DNA from: Sulfobacillus sp. | GTDB lineage: Bacteria; Bacillota; Sulfobacillia; Sulfobacillales; Sulfobacillaceae | DNA: 64,000 nucleotides | Direction: 5' to 3' | Assembly (NCBI GenBank): GCA_027343695.1 | Contig: DAHWKJ010000078.1 | Span: 8,290-72,289 of the forward strand | Shown here: piece after piece, positions 10,189-19,750 of the stretch | Numbering within the stretch: the stretch's first letter is position 1 | Layout: each line of letters begins with the position of its first letter | Made by a program: the position numbers and the translations under genes | Notes under the pieces: model-generated | What the model was told of the DNA's origin: nothing | The model's database searches: none | The model's input: the letters and a program-made list of their open reading frames with translations, nothing else

Positions 10189-10658
10189 CTCGCTACCGTC
10201 GCGCTGTGTGGTCTGCACTGCTGTTAGGAGCCTTAGTGGGGGCATCCGGCACACAGGCCATTACGAGTCGTGCTCGGCTGGATGCGGTCCACCGGAGCCG
10301 GCAGTGGGAAGTGGAGGCGACCCGGTGGCACCAGGAAACCGAGCGGCTCAAAGAACAGCTCGGAACAATAAATCAGCAATCCATGCGAGGTACCTATATT
10401 CAGTCGGTACGCTTGGAACTCCTGAGCACTCCGGTTAGCAAGGTTGATGTGGAGGCGGCGTTGGAACCGTATACCGAAACTTTACTCGGGATTGCTTTAA
10501 CCAACATTCATTTGGAAATGGTGTACCGTATGCTCAATGGTCGTCACATCACTGTGGGAGGAGCGCTATACCGTGTAGAGGTGATAGCGCTCCTGGTGAG
10601 TCCTAATAGTCGAATCTTGTTACGGGTGGTTCCCGCGTCCTTGCCCCACTCGGCCTAG
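10185..10658 (+). CDS. ytrI: YtrI-like sporulation membrane protein
   Basis: GTG at 10185 overlaps the ytrH stop (GTGA), in frame with the C-terminal part of track ORF 9765..10658. It has one N-terminal TM helix and then a coiled segment. The assignment rests mainly on the ytrH-ytrI pairing. Confidence 0.5.
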   Translation: MTRYRRAVWSALLLGALVGASGTQAITSRARLDAVHRSRQWEVEATRWHQETERLKEQLGTINQQSMRGTYIQSVRLELLSTPVSKVDVEAALEPYTETLLGIALTNIHLEMVYRMLNGRHITVGGALYRVEVIALLVSPNSRILLRVVPASLPHSA

Positions 10659-12352
10659 ACTTCCATGATAATCGGCAGAATCATCGGGCGGCGTTTGGTT
10701 TTTTCCCATAGAAACCGGCCGAGAGTGTCGCGTACCGCCGACTTAATGGCAGACCATTCATTCAGTCCTTGGCCCTCCAAGTTCGCCAGTGCGGTTTTGA
10801 CTCGGTGGCGTGCCTCATCTAACAGCGCTTCCGATTCACGCACATAAACAAAGCCTCGGGAGACGAGATCCGGTCCGGAGACTAGGAGCCCCGACTGGGA
10901 GTCCATGCCCACCACCACGATGAGGATCCCATCATTAGAAAGTTGTTTACGGTCGCGCAAAACGATATTTCCCACATCGCCGATGCCCGTCCCGTCTACC
11001 AGGACTTTACCGGATGTCACCTGTCCTATGATATTAGCCGATTCTTTGGTGAACTCCATAACGTTTCCGTTGTCCCCGATTAAGACATGGTTTGGCTCCA
11101 CGCCTACGTCGCGAGCTAGTTGCGCATGGTGGATCAAATGACGATATTCCCCGTGAACCGGCGCAAAAAACTTCGGCCGCACTAAATTTAGCATGAGTTT
11201 CAGTTCTTCCTGACAAGCATGTCCTGAAACGTGAATCCCGGTGCCCGCTCCATAAAACACTCGAGCCCCACGGCGGTAAAGATTATCGACGGTGCGTGCC
11301 ACCAACTTTTCGTTACCGGGGATTGGCGTCGCGGAAATGATGACCGTGTCGCCGGGAAGAATTTCCACCTTACGATGATCCGAAGTCGACATTCGGGTAA
11401 GGGCAGACATCGGCTCGCCCTGAGAGCCCGTCGTGAGAATCAGGGTCTTTTCCGCCGGTTCTTTCAAAATTGCATCGATATCCATCCAAGTACCGGCTGG
11501 AAAATCTAGATAGCCCAATTCAATCGCTTTATGCGTGACGTTTTCCATACTGCGACCCACAATGGCGACATGTCGCCCATTGCGGACAGCCGACTCAACA
11601 ACTTGCCGAACACGATGCACCTGCGACGCAAACGAAGCCACAAAGACTCGTCCTGGGGCCTGGCTAATGATATTGTCTAAGGCTCTTCCCACCGTTTTTT
11701 CGGAGGGGGTGTACCCGGGGCGTTCGGCGTTGGTGCTGTCCGCTAAGAGAAGAAGGACTCCTTCTTGGCCCAGTTGAGCTAGTTTGTGAAAGTCTGCCAC
11801 ATGTCCATCCACGGGCGTATGGTCGAATTTAAAGTCGCCAGTGTGAATGACCGTGCCGACCGGGTTGCGGATGATAAGTCCGGTGGCATCTGGGATCGAG
11901 TGGTTAACCCGGAAAAATTCCACCGAGAAATTCCCAGCTTTAATAACCTCGCCGGGTTCTACCGGGTGAGATTTGGGGTGCAGAGTAATCTGATGTTCCT
12001 GAAGTTTCAACTCCACGATACCCAGTGTGAGACGCAAACCATAGACGGGTACATTTACTTGCTTCAAGAAATAGGGTAAGCCGCCAATGTGATCCTCATG
12101 GCCATGGGTGAGGAATACCCCACGAATCCTGTCCTTGTTTTCGTAAAGATAGGTGAGATCAGGCAATACCAGGTCGATTCCGGGCATGTCCGGTTCTGGG
12201 AATGCTAATCCACAGTCAATCAAAATGATATCGTTGCCATACACTAATGCGGCAATATTTTTGCCGATTTCTCCAAGTCCCCCTAAGGGGATAAATTGCA
12301 ATTTGCCAGGTCCTGGGCGTACCAGTGTCCCCACCTCCAATTCATTGAGCAC
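10655..12352 (-). CDS. rnj: Ribonuclease J
   Basis: 565 aa with 'LGGLGEIGKN' and the metallo-beta-lactamase motif 'HGHEDHIGG', beta-CASP architecture. The track start is GTG 12352 without an SD, and GGAGGTG lies inside codons 6-7, so the true start may be a few codons downstream. Confidence 0.93.
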   Translation of the reverse strand: MLNELEVGTLVRPGPGKLQFIPLGGLGEIGKNIAALVYGNDIILIDCGLAFPEPDMPGIDLVLPDLTYLYENKDRIRGVFLTHGHEDHIGGLPYFLKQVNVPVYGLRLTLGIVELKLQEHQITLHPKSHPVEPGEVIKAGNFSVEFFRVNHSIPDATGLIIRNPVGTVIHTGDFKFDHTPVDGHVADFHKLAQLGQEGVLLLLADSTNAERPGYTPSEKTVGRALDNIISQAPGRVFVASFASQVHRVRQVVESAVRNGRHVAIVGRSMENVTHKAIELGYLDFPAGTWMDIDAILKEPAEKTLILTTGSQGEPMSALTRMSTSDHRKVEILPGDTVIISATPIPGNEKLVARTVDNLYRRGARVFYGAGTGIHVSGHACQEELKLMLNLVRPKFFAPVHGEYRHLIHHAQLARDVGVEPNHVLIGDNGNVMEFTKESANIIGQVTSGKVLVDGTGIGDVGNIVLRDRKQLSNDGILIVVVGMDSQSGLLVSGPDLVSRGFVYVRESEALLDEARHRVKTALANLEGQGLNEWSAIKSAVRDTLGRFLWEKTKRRPMILPIIMEV

Positions 12353-12364
12353 ACATCAAAATGC

Positions 12365-12384
12365 CCCTAGCCTATTGGCTAGGG
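12365..12384 (-). promoter_or_regulatory. rnj 5'-leader hairpin
   Basis: Perfect 8-bp stem CCCTAGCC/GGCTAGGG with a 4-nt loop, followed by GCAUUUUG. It ends 12 nt before the annotated GTG start. Confidence 0.4.
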
Positions 12385-12490
12385 ACTTTGCCTGGGGCAA
12401 TCAAACAAACCGATTCGGAATCTCAACTCCGGTCCCGTCCCTGCTGAGTCCTTATCGTATTCCTACCGCCGAGCAAAAGTCGTCGTCAGT

Positions 12491-12520
12491 ATTATACCCT
12501 GAGGATGGGACCGGATGCAA
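12491..12520 (-). promoter_or_regulatory. Sigma-A-type promoter for rnj
   Basis: On the minus strand: TTGCAT (12515-12520), 18-nt spacer, TATAAT (12491-12496). It lies immediately after the dapA stop. Confidence 0.55.
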
Positions 12521-12523
12521 TGA

Positions 12524-13417
12524 CTAGCCCGCGGAAGAAAGCTTCACCTCCTGATACGCATGCCATAGGGTCTCACACCAATCCGCTTTGTTGGGCATTA
12601 ATAGAGGAAGCGTGACTGACCCCACGGGTAAGCCGAGCTGATTGAGGAGCCATTTTACGGGAATGGGGTTGGCGTCTAAAAATAATGCTTTAAAAACGGG
12701 CCATAATCGCCGATGCTCCTCCATGGCCAGCATCCAATGTCCTTCAAGGAGATAGGACAACGCCCGGGCCATCTCGTCACCCACGACATGGGAAGCCACC
12801 GACACGACCCCGTAGGCGCCCGCCATCATGCTGGGGAGCCAAAGGCTGTCGTCTCCTGAATACACGGGAATTTCATGGCTCAAGAGGTGGCGTAATTCGA
12901 CGATAGAGTCGAGATTTCCTGACGCGTCCTTGATGGAAAGAGGGTGTGACGCGCGGTGGGCGATGCGAACCATAGTTTGGGGCAATAGGTATACACCGGT
13001 GCGCATGGGAACGTTGTATACCATCACCGACGAATGCGTGGCCTCTAGAATTTGAGAAAAATGCTCGATGAGGCCCTCTTGATTGGGCCGGTTGTAGTAG
13101 GGTGTGACCACCAGCACCCCATCCACTCCCCAACTTTCTGCAGCCTGGGTCAGACGTACGGTATCCCTGGTATTGTTGGTGCCGGTTCCCATCCAGATCG
13201 GGACGGTGTCGGGAACGGCGGCCCGGACACTTTCGAACAGTCGTCGGCGTTCCTCGATAGATAACGCATAAGCTTCGCCGGTTGACCCCGCTAAAACAAA
13301 ACCGCCCGATCCATGATTCCATAGATGGCGGGCGAGTGCGGCGGCTCGAGTGTTGTCCACGTTTCCGGTGTCCCCCCTCGGGGTCACCATTGCGGTAATA
13401 ATTCGTGGCCAGGTCAT
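12524..13417 (-). CDS. dapA: 4-hydroxy-tetrahydrodipicolinate synthase
   Basis: 297 aa with 'ITAMVTP', 'LAGSTGEAYALSIEER' and 'VYNVPMRTG'. It overlaps the aspartokinase stop by 4 nt. Confidence 0.92.
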   Translation of the reverse strand: MTWPRIITAMVTPRGDTGNVDNTRAAALARHLWNHGSGGFVLAGSTGEAYALSIEERRRLFESVRAAVPDTVPIWMGTGTNNTRDTVRLTQAAESWGVDGVLVVTPYYNRPNQEGLIEHFSQILEATHSSVMVYNVPMRTGVYLLPQTMVRIAHRASHPLSIKDASGNLDSIVELRHLLSHEIPVYSGDDSLWLPSMMAGAYGVVSVASHVVGDEMARALSYLLEGHWMLAMEEHRRLWPVFKALFLDANPIPVKWLLNQLGLPVGSVTLPLLMPNKADWCETLWHAYQEVKLSSAG

Positions 13418-14649
13418 ACCAATCCCTCCTTTGTGCCTAAACCAAATTGGTGGTGTAAAGCCGTGACGGCCGTTTCCATCTGCGACCGTTTTAAGAGCAA
13501 GGTGATGGTGGAATGGGAGTCCGATGATTGCAGCACTTCGACTTGGTGCTGGTTCAATGCAGACATGATGCGGCCGACTACGCCAGGTAAACCTTGGATT
13601 GCGGATCCCACTATGGAGACCTTGGCCCGTTCGGTCCAGTAATCATACGGGAGATCGAGGTGCCGCATGGTTTCTTCCGTGGCGGGGGCCACCTGTCCTG
13701 GCACGCAAAAATAGGCATGGTCCGGGAATAGGTTAACGAGGTCAACGGAGACCCCTCGATCGCCGAGTGCGGAAAATAGACGATAGGGCCAATCAGGAGG
13801 CGAACCCGTGGGAGATCGCACGAGAAATTGGACTAGGTCTTCGAGTTGCGTGATCCCCGTCACCGCGTGATCGGGGTCCCTGTGAGCCCATGGATCCATG
13901 GCTCGGTGGCCCCCCACCACGAGGGTCCCGGGGTTTGCGGAGAATGTCGAGCGAATCCGAATCGGGACCGAGAATTGCCGCGCGATTTCTACGGCCCGCG
14001 GGTGTAGCACACGGGCACCCAAATTGGCTAGTTGGAACACCTCGTCGTAATCGAGGTGTGCGATGGTCCTGGCATCAGGAACAATACGCGGATCCGCTGT
14101 CTTGATTCCGTCGACATCTGTAAAAATCTCCACCACCTCCACTGCTAGTGCTGCTCCAATAGCGACGGCCGTCGTATCACTACCCCCGCGGCCCAATGTC
14201 GTGAACTGGCCTGCTGGAGTCTTACCTTGAAAACCTGCCACTACGGGCACCTTACCCTCTAAAAGAGCTGTACGTAAGGCTGTGGGATTGACCTCTAGGA
14301 TTTGGGCGTCACCAAATCGGTCATCGGTGATAATCCCCGCTTCCCCACCTAAAAAAACTTGGGGAGACAGTCCATGCAATCGAAGATGGCCAGCCATCAC
14401 CGTGGCACTAAAGATTTCGCCACACATCATTAGGAGGTCCTTCTCGCGGGGCGTGGCCTCGGGAAGCCCTTTCATGAGCCCCAAAAGGCTATCCGTCGCA
14501 TAGGGATCCCCTTTGCGGCCCATCGCAGACACCACGACTACGGGACTCAATCCTTCTGAGACTGCGGTAGTCACCCATTCTGTCACGCGATCACGGGACT
14601 CAAAGTCGCGAACCGAGGTACCTCCAAACTTTTGGACAACGACACGCAT
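13414..14649 (-). CDS. dapG: Aspartate kinase (monofunctional, ACT domains)
   Basis: 411 aa with 'VVQKFGGTSV' and 'LGRGGSDTTAVAIGAAL', plus C-terminal ACT repeats. The symbol is by synteny with B. subtilis asd-dapG-dapA. Confidence 0.9.
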   Translation of the reverse strand: MRVVVQKFGGTSVRDFESRDRVTEWVTTAVSEGLSPVVVVSAMGRKGDPYATDSLLGLMKGLPEATPREKDLLMMCGEIFSATVMAGHLRLHGLSPQVFLGGEAGIITDDRFGDAQILEVNPTALRTALLEGKVPVVAGFQGKTPAGQFTTLGRGGSDTTAVAIGAALAVEVVEIFTDVDGIKTADPRIVPDARTIAHLDYDEVFQLANLGARVLHPRAVEIARQFSVPIRIRSTFSANPGTLVVGGHRAMDPWAHRDPDHAVTGITQLEDLVQFLVRSPTGSPPDWPYRLFSALGDRGVSVDLVNLFPDHAYFCVPGQVAPATEETMRHLDLPYDYWTERAKVSIVGSAIQGLPGVVGRIMSALNQHQVEVLQSSDSHSTITLLLKRSQMETAVTALHHQFGLGTKEGLV

Positions 14650-14669
14650 CGATTTGCTCCTCTCAGGAT

Positions 14670-15671
14670 TTAGGAAAACCGCCCAGACAACGTCTCGATA
14701 ATTTGGACGGCGTTGGTCGCGGCTCCTTTACGTAAGTTATCGCCGACCACGAATAAGTGAAGCCCTTGGGGGTCAAATGGATCACGACGGATTCTGCCCA
14801 CGAGGACCTCATCCTGATCTTGGGCCTGCAAGGGGGTTGGGACCAACCCACGGGTCGGGTCGTCCACCACTCTGATGCCGGGCGATCGACGCAATAGCGC
14901 GCGTATCTCGTCGATGCTACCCAAGGGGGATTCAGTTTCAACGTAGACAGCCTCGGAATGTCCGATAAACACCGGGACTCGGACAGCGGTAGCGGTGACC
15001 GGAATCGGAGATCCGAAAATTTTTTGGGTTTCTCGCGTCAGTTTCCATTCTTCTCCCGTATAGTCGAGATCTCCGAACTGGTCGCAATAGGGCAACACGT
15101 TGAAGCCGATGGGTTCTGGGTACACCGCGGCTACCGGTTTCGGATGCCGATGGTTTCGGGTTTGGTTTTCGAGCACCGTCATCGCGTCACGTCCGGTACC
15201 CGACACAGCCTGGTACGTGGCCACTAATATCCGGCGAATGCCATAATGACGCCGGATGGGATCGAGTGCTACGACCATTTGAATCGTGGAACAATTAGGG
15301 CTGGCTATGAGGTGGCTGTCCCGGATCGCGTCCGCATTCACTTCAGGTACGATCAAAGGGATCTCGGGATTCATCCGGAAGTAACTAGATTTGTCGACGA
15401 CCGTAACGCCATACCCACTGGCGACTGGGGCGTGCTGCGCACTCACTTCCCCCGAGGCGGCAAAAAAAGCCACGTCCACCCGGTTCCAGTCCATCGTAGA
15501 GAGGGCTTCCACCGCGACCGAATGACCATCCCACACCACGTTTCTGCCCAGCCCCTCAGTGGCGAGTGGGACAAGGCTAACCACTGGCAGTTGACGTTCT
15601 TGTAGCACTTGAAGAATTTTTTGACCCACCAACCCGGTGGCTCCAACGATGGCAACGCGTATCCCTCTCAC
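14670..15671 (-). CDS. asd: Aspartate-semialdehyde dehydrogenase
   Basis: 333 aa with 'VAIVGATGLVGQ', the active-site region 'ASPNCSTIQMV', and 'VGDNLRKGAATNAVQI'. Confidence 0.93.
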   Translation of the reverse strand: MRGIRVAIVGATGLVGQKILQVLQERQLPVVSLVPLATEGLGRNVVWDGHSVAVEALSTMDWNRVDVAFFAASGEVSAQHAPVASGYGVTVVDKSSYFRMNPEIPLIVPEVNADAIRDSHLIASPNCSTIQMVVALDPIRRHYGIRRILVATYQAVSGTGRDAMTVLENQTRNHRHPKPVAAVYPEPIGFNVLPYCDQFGDLDYTGEEWKLTRETQKIFGSPIPVTATAVRVPVFIGHSEAVYVETESPLGSIDEIRALLRRSPGIRVVDDPTRGLVPTPLQAQDQDEVLVGRIRRDPFDPQGLHLFVVGDNLRKGAATNAVQIIETLSGRFS

Positions 15672-15683
15672 GGCACTTCACTC

Positions 15684-16298
15684 CTAATGACTGGTTTCGG
15701 ATCCCACCCAGGACATTAAGATGGGTTGTATTTGTTGATGCTGCAACGCGGCCTGGATGCTGGGAACAGTCTGTTCCAAGTGGGCATCTAAGGAACGCGG
15801 CTTATTAATGGGGTCATCTTGACCAAAAGGGATGAAGTAAATGCTCCGTGAACTTAAGAGCTTTCCGAGATTATTCGCATTCATCCCTAATAAATCATTG
15901 GAGGTTATCCCGAGCAACACGGGATTTCCTTGTCGTAATTGGGCTTTTACTGCCATCGTCACCGCCGAATCGTTGATGGCGTTGGCAATTTTCGCTAAGG
16001 TGTTTCCGGTACATGGTACCACGGCCACGACGTCAAACCAATGTTTGGGACCACTGGGTTCGACCTCGGGAATCGCAGTGAGGATGGGCTCGGTTGTCGC
16101 AGCCTCAATCTCCCGACGCCAATGTTCGGGTGTCCCAAAGCGCGTCGATACATGCAGGATGCTCTGGGACACAATCGGGGTCACCGTAGCCCCTGCGGCC
16201 ACGAGTTCTTTAAGGGTTGCCACAGCCCGATGTAAATTGCAATGACTTGCCGCCATTGCAAACCCGATGCGGACGCCCTGTAGGGGCAATGTGTTCAT
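15684..16298 (-). CDS. dpaB: Dipicolinate synthase subunit B (flavoprotein)
   Basis: 204 aa with 'RIGFAMAASHCNL...ELVAAGATVTPIVS', matching the SpoVFB pattern. It lies directly downstream of dpaA. Confidence 0.88.
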   Translation of the reverse strand: MNTLPLQGVRIGFAMAASHCNLHRAVATLKELVAAGATVTPIVSQSILHVSTRFGTPEHWRREIEAATTEPILTAIPEVEPSGPKHWFDVVAVVPCTGNTLAKIANAINDSAVTMAVKAQLRQGNPVLLGITSNDLLGMNANNLGKLLSSRSIYFIPFGQDDPINKPRSLDAHLEQTVPSIQAALQHQQIQPILMSWVGSETSH

Positions 16299-16316
16299 GT
16301 TGTACCCTCCTTTTGC

Positions 16317-17171
16317 TTAAAGTTTAGGCACCAGATGATGTTCTAAGAGAGCTTCGCTTAACGTCTCCCAGATAATTTCGGCGGCCCGACGGGGCGCTAA
16401 TTGGCCAGGAATTCCCAAGATCGATTCGTAGCGCCCTAGCCATTCTGGAGTGTCGCGCAATGCGAATGCGAGACCACCTGGCTTGGACGCTAAGTCAATG
16501 ATCCAAGTGGAATCCGATACCTTAAACCACTCTGGTCCTATACATGGTGCCGGCACGGTGTTGAAAATGCCATCCACCGGGGGGCACCACCGGGGATCTA
16601 AGGGGTGCACGCTAAATCCATAGGCGGAGGCCATCGCCCGCTTTTCAGCCGAACGTTCAAAGATTTCGACGTCAGCCCCATAGCTTTGGAGCCGCAGAGC
16701 TAACACGGATCCCACTCGCCCAAAGCCCAATATCGCGATGGGACGATGGTAAATCGTGAACCCTGAGCGCCCTAAAGCGGCTTTAAGTGCACCTTCAGCG
16801 GTCGGCACGGCATTGAGCCACATGAAGGTGGGCTGCATCCGATACTCAACGGTTGCGATGTCGAGCCGACGCGCCCAGTCTTTGACATCCGGCGCAATTA
16901 GTCCGGCTCCCAAAAGGCTGCCGGGAGGCATGCGCTCAAGAAGATACGACTCAAGGTACACCACCCCTTCGCGTGTTTCCATGGTGCCGTGAGGTCCGAT
17001 TCCGGTCATAGGTCCAATGAGAATGTCGGGCGGGGATGACATGGGAGAAAACTTCTCAACTTCGGGCACAGTTAAACCCCAGCTTAGAACCTCAAACTGT
17101 TGGTCCATAAGGAACCGACATAACCAAACATCCCGGGCGTCTCCGCCCGCGACTACGACGCGATGTCTCAT
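16317..17171 (-). CDS. dpaA: Dipicolinate synthase subunit A
   Basis: 284 aa with the N-terminus 'VVVAGGDARD' and Rossmann motif 'ILGFGRVGS', as in SpoVFA. Confidence 0.88.
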   Translation of the reverse strand: MRHRVVVAGGDARDVWLCRFLMDQQFEVLSWGLTVPEVEKFSPMSSPPDILIGPMTGIGPHGTMETREGVVYLESYLLERMPPGSLLGAGLIAPDVKDWARRLDIATVEYRMQPTFMWLNAVPTAEGALKAALGRSGFTIYHRPIAILGFGRVGSVLALRLQSYGADVEIFERSAEKRAMASAYGFSVHPLDPRWCPPVDGIFNTVPAPCIGPEWFKVSDSTWIIDLASKPGGLAFALRDTPEWLGRYESILGIPGQLAPRRAAEIIWETLSEALLEHHLVPKL

Positions 17172-17290
17172 CAGAAGACCCTCTCCTCTTCCGTCAGATG
17201 TGTCTAGCCATGGTCACTATACGTGATATCCCAGTGAAGGGTTCCATGTCTTGGTCGTCCGGCCAGGGAGGTTTGGCGTGGTGGCAGCAG

Positions 17291-18448
17291 CTAATCCTGG
17301 GGATAGGCGTTAGGCCATCGTGCTAATGCGTGCTGTAAGATATCCAGGGGCTGGGTTAAAGAAATCCGTATAAATTCATCGCTGGTAGGCCCAAATGCGA
17401 TGCCTGGAGCCACAGCAATGCCATGTTGGTGTAAGAGGCTCGACGCAAAGGTTGTTCCACTTAGTGGTTTGGGCACTGGCAGCCATACATAGAGGGTCGC
17501 GGGAGGCGTGAAGACTGGATAGCCCTTCTGTTGTAGGGCTGATACCACAAAGTCGCGGCGTGTCTGATAGGTGGCCAATATATTGAGAGAAATGTCCTCT
17601 TGCAGCGCCACTACGCCTGCATATTGAATGGGTAAATAGACGCCGGCGTTAATTTGACTTTCAATCCGATAGAACGCTTCGAGGATTTTGGGACTGCCCA
17701 CCATTGCGGCTAAACGAAATCCCTGCATACTGTAGCTCTTGGAAAATGTGATGGTTTCCACCGCGACATCGCGTGCACCGGGATATTCCAAAATTGAATG
17801 TGCTTGGCCTTCGTATACGATGTCGACGTAGGCTAGATCGGATACTACGGTCCACTGGTGGCGATGTGCCTGGTCAATGACGTGATGCCAAAAATCCGCG
17901 GGGGCCAGAGCCCCAGTCGGATTGTTTGGGTAATTGAAGAATCCAAGTTGGATTCGACTCCATTCGGGGGGAGCGATCCGCTCCAGGTCGGGAATAAAGT
18001 GGTTTTCGGCCCGGAGTGGCATCGCAATCGATTCGAACCCAAATAGTGCGGCCGGCATCTGATAGGACGGGTATCCCGGGTCGGGCACTAAGATGGCTTG
18101 TCCCGGGTTAACTGTGGCTAGGGCGAGGTGTACCAGGGCTTCTTTGGAGCCTCCCGTGATAAGCACTTCGGAATCTGGGTCCAAAGAGACCCCAAACCGG
18201 CGATAATACCACTGTGAGACCGCGTGCCGGAGCGGGGAAAGCCCCCGGTAACTGGGATACCGATGGCTATCGGGGTGCTGCACCTGATCGCATAGGACGT
18301 CCTGGATGTCTTCACGTGGAGGTTGGTCCGGGTCCGAGATCCCCAAGTCGATGACGGACTGGCCATTCCGTTCGAGTTGGGCGATGTCTTGATGAATTTG
18401 GGCAAAGATGTACGGAGGTAAGTTTTGGGCGCGTTCCGAAACCGGCAT
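17291..18448 (-). CDS. Class I/II PLP aminotransferase, LL-diaminopimelate aminotransferase (DapL)-like
   Basis: The track ORF starts at TTG 18481. I prefer ATG 18448 (MPVSERAQNLPPYIFAQI...) behind GAGGAGG. PLP-lysine block 'FSKSYSMQGFR'. It is adjacent to the dpa/dap operon. Confidence 0.8.
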   Translation of the reverse strand: MPVSERAQNLPPYIFAQIHQDIAQLERNGQSVIDLGISDPDQPPREDIQDVLCDQVQHPDSHRYPSYRGLSPLRHAVSQWYYRRFGVSLDPDSEVLITGGSKEALVHLALATVNPGQAILVPDPGYPSYQMPAALFGFESIAMPLRAENHFIPDLERIAPPEWSRIQLGFFNYPNNPTGALAPADFWHHVIDQAHRHQWTVVSDLAYVDIVYEGQAHSILEYPGARDVAVETITFSKSYSMQGFRLAAMVGSPKILEAFYRIESQINAGVYLPIQYAGVVALQEDISLNILATYQTRRDFVVSALQQKGYPVFTPPATLYVWLPVPKPLSGTTFASSLLHQHGIAVAPGIAFGPTSDEFIRISLTQPLDILQHALARWPNAYPQD

Positions 18449-18477
18449 GGATGATAAGACCTCCTCACGAATTGGAA

Positions 18478-18507
18478 TCAAGAAGACGGGGCGCTTATCG
18501 CCCCGTC
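18478..18507 (-). terminator. Intrinsic terminator after the YflT-like gene
   Basis: 9-bp GC-rich stem GACGGGGCG/CGCCCCGUC (18485-18507) with a 5-nt loop, followed by UUCUUGAUU on the minus strand. Confidence 0.6.
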
Positions 18508-18531
18508 GATTGCTTAGCTCATTCTTCTACA

Positions 18532-19035
18532 CTAGTGCACATGGATGTCAGATGCCCCGTGGTGCTCAAACAAGGTCTTGGCCTTGTCGACTTCAGGCGC
18601 ATCAGCACGGACCATGAGGAGTACGTCGCCTTCTTTGAGACGACGCTCATATTGTTCGCTTTGGTCCTTCGGAATCCCATAATCCATCAAGCCACCGGCC
18701 ACGCCGCCGGCTACGGCCCCGGTTAATGTGGCCGCTAAGGGACCCGCTGCTACAATGGGTCCGATGCCTGGAATAGCCAGGGCTCCGACGCCCGCCAGCA
18801 GGCCCACTGTGCCACCTACCGTACCACCCCATCCGATACCCGATGACAGGTTATGCATGCCGCTTCCGTTAGGATGGCCGCCTTCGGTGTGGCCATCGTG
18901 GCGGGCGACCAACGAGATGTCCTTTTCAGGTACGCCTCGGTGCTTTAACTCTCCCACCACGGCTTCTGCACTGTGGTGGTCATGAAATGCGCCGACAACC
19001 GTCTTTTGCACATAATCGCCTCCCTTGAATGCCAT
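18532..19035 (-). CDS. YflT/general-stress-17M-like protein with glycine-zipper segment
   Basis: 167 aa. The N-terminus 'VVGAFHDHHSAEAVVGELKHRGVPEKDISLV' and the C-terminus 'DYGIPKDQSEQYERRLKEGDVLLMV' flank a Gly-rich hydrophobic core. Confidence 0.5.
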   Translation of the reverse strand: MAFKGGDYVQKTVVGAFHDHHSAEAVVGELKHRGVPEKDISLVARHDGHTEGGHPNGSGMHNLSSGIGWGGTVGGTVGLLAGVGALAIPGIGPIVAAGPLAATLTGAVAGGVAGGLMDYGIPKDQSEQYERRLKEGDVLLMVRADAPEVDKAKTLFEHHGASDIHVH

Positions 19036-19074
19036 GCGGGAATAGTATGCCCCGTGGCATAAAAAGCAGGAGCG

Positions 19075-19335
19075 TTAATTTCGACCAGTTTTGCGCAATG
19101 GTCCGGCTTCGTCTAAATCGACAATAAGCACTTCGGGTCCGACCCGACGAATGGCTCGCCATGGAATCACGGTCTCTTCGGTACGTCGACTGAGGCGGCC
19201 TCGGAGCGGCACGATGATCGACTCGATCAGTCCTGTATCCGGATCGATGACTAAATCGGTGTCGCCGAGGGGGCCCAATCGGCCACCATCACTAAGATTA
19301 ATAATTTCTTTTGACGCCAGTTCGGTTAGCCGCAT
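19075..19335 (-). CDS. ymxH: YlmC/YmxH-family sporulation protein (PRC barrel)
   Basis: 86 aa reading 'MRLTELASKEIINLSDGGRLGPLGDTDLVIDPDTGLIESIIVP'. It occupies the same slot as B. subtilis ymxH, between the M16 peptidase and dpaA. Confidence 0.8.
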   Translation of the reverse strand: MRLTELASKEIINLSDGGRLGPLGDTDLVIDPDTGLIESIIVPLRGRLSRRTEETVIPWRAIRRVGPEVLIVDLDEAGPLRKTGRN

Positions 19336-19375
19336 AGCTTCACCCCTTCCTAGCCTATGCCATCGGTTTTGTCCA

Positions 19376-19750
19376 TCATTCGGAGATTTCGTGTGGGGCG
19401 TATCCCGGTTTGCTGGAGTGTCCTTGTTGCCGATCGAAGTTTTCCCGATTTTTGGCTAAGTAGCCTTGGTAGAGTCCTTCTGCATCAAGACCTGCATCTA
19501 GGCACATGCTAACAAAGAAGTGAAAGACATCCACGAGCTCTTCATGGAGCTTGGCAGGTTCGATGGGCTTGGGATTTTTCCACCACTTATAGCGCGCCTC
19601 TTCCATAACTTCGCCTAATTCAACCAGGAGTGCCATCCCCATTTTTTGAATCCAGGTACTTTGGTCAAAATTTAGTTGGCGCTCAGTGCGGACCATTTGG
19701 TTGAATTTCTCTTGCCAAGCAAATATGGTTTGTAGTCGATCGTCCATCAA
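19376..19750 (-). CDS. Dimeric dUTPase-like all-alpha NTP pyrophosphohydrolase
   Basis: 124 aa with 'LVELGEVMEEARYKWWKNPKP...ELVDVFHFFVSMCL'. ATGA overlap with the upstream M16 peptidase gene. Confidence 0.65.
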   Translation of the reverse strand: MMDDRLQTIFAWQEKFNQMVRTERQLNFDQSTWIQKMGMALLVELGEVMEEARYKWWKNPKPIEPAKLHEELVDVFHFFVSMCLDAGLDAEGLYQGYLAKNRENFDRQQGHSSKPGYAPHEISE

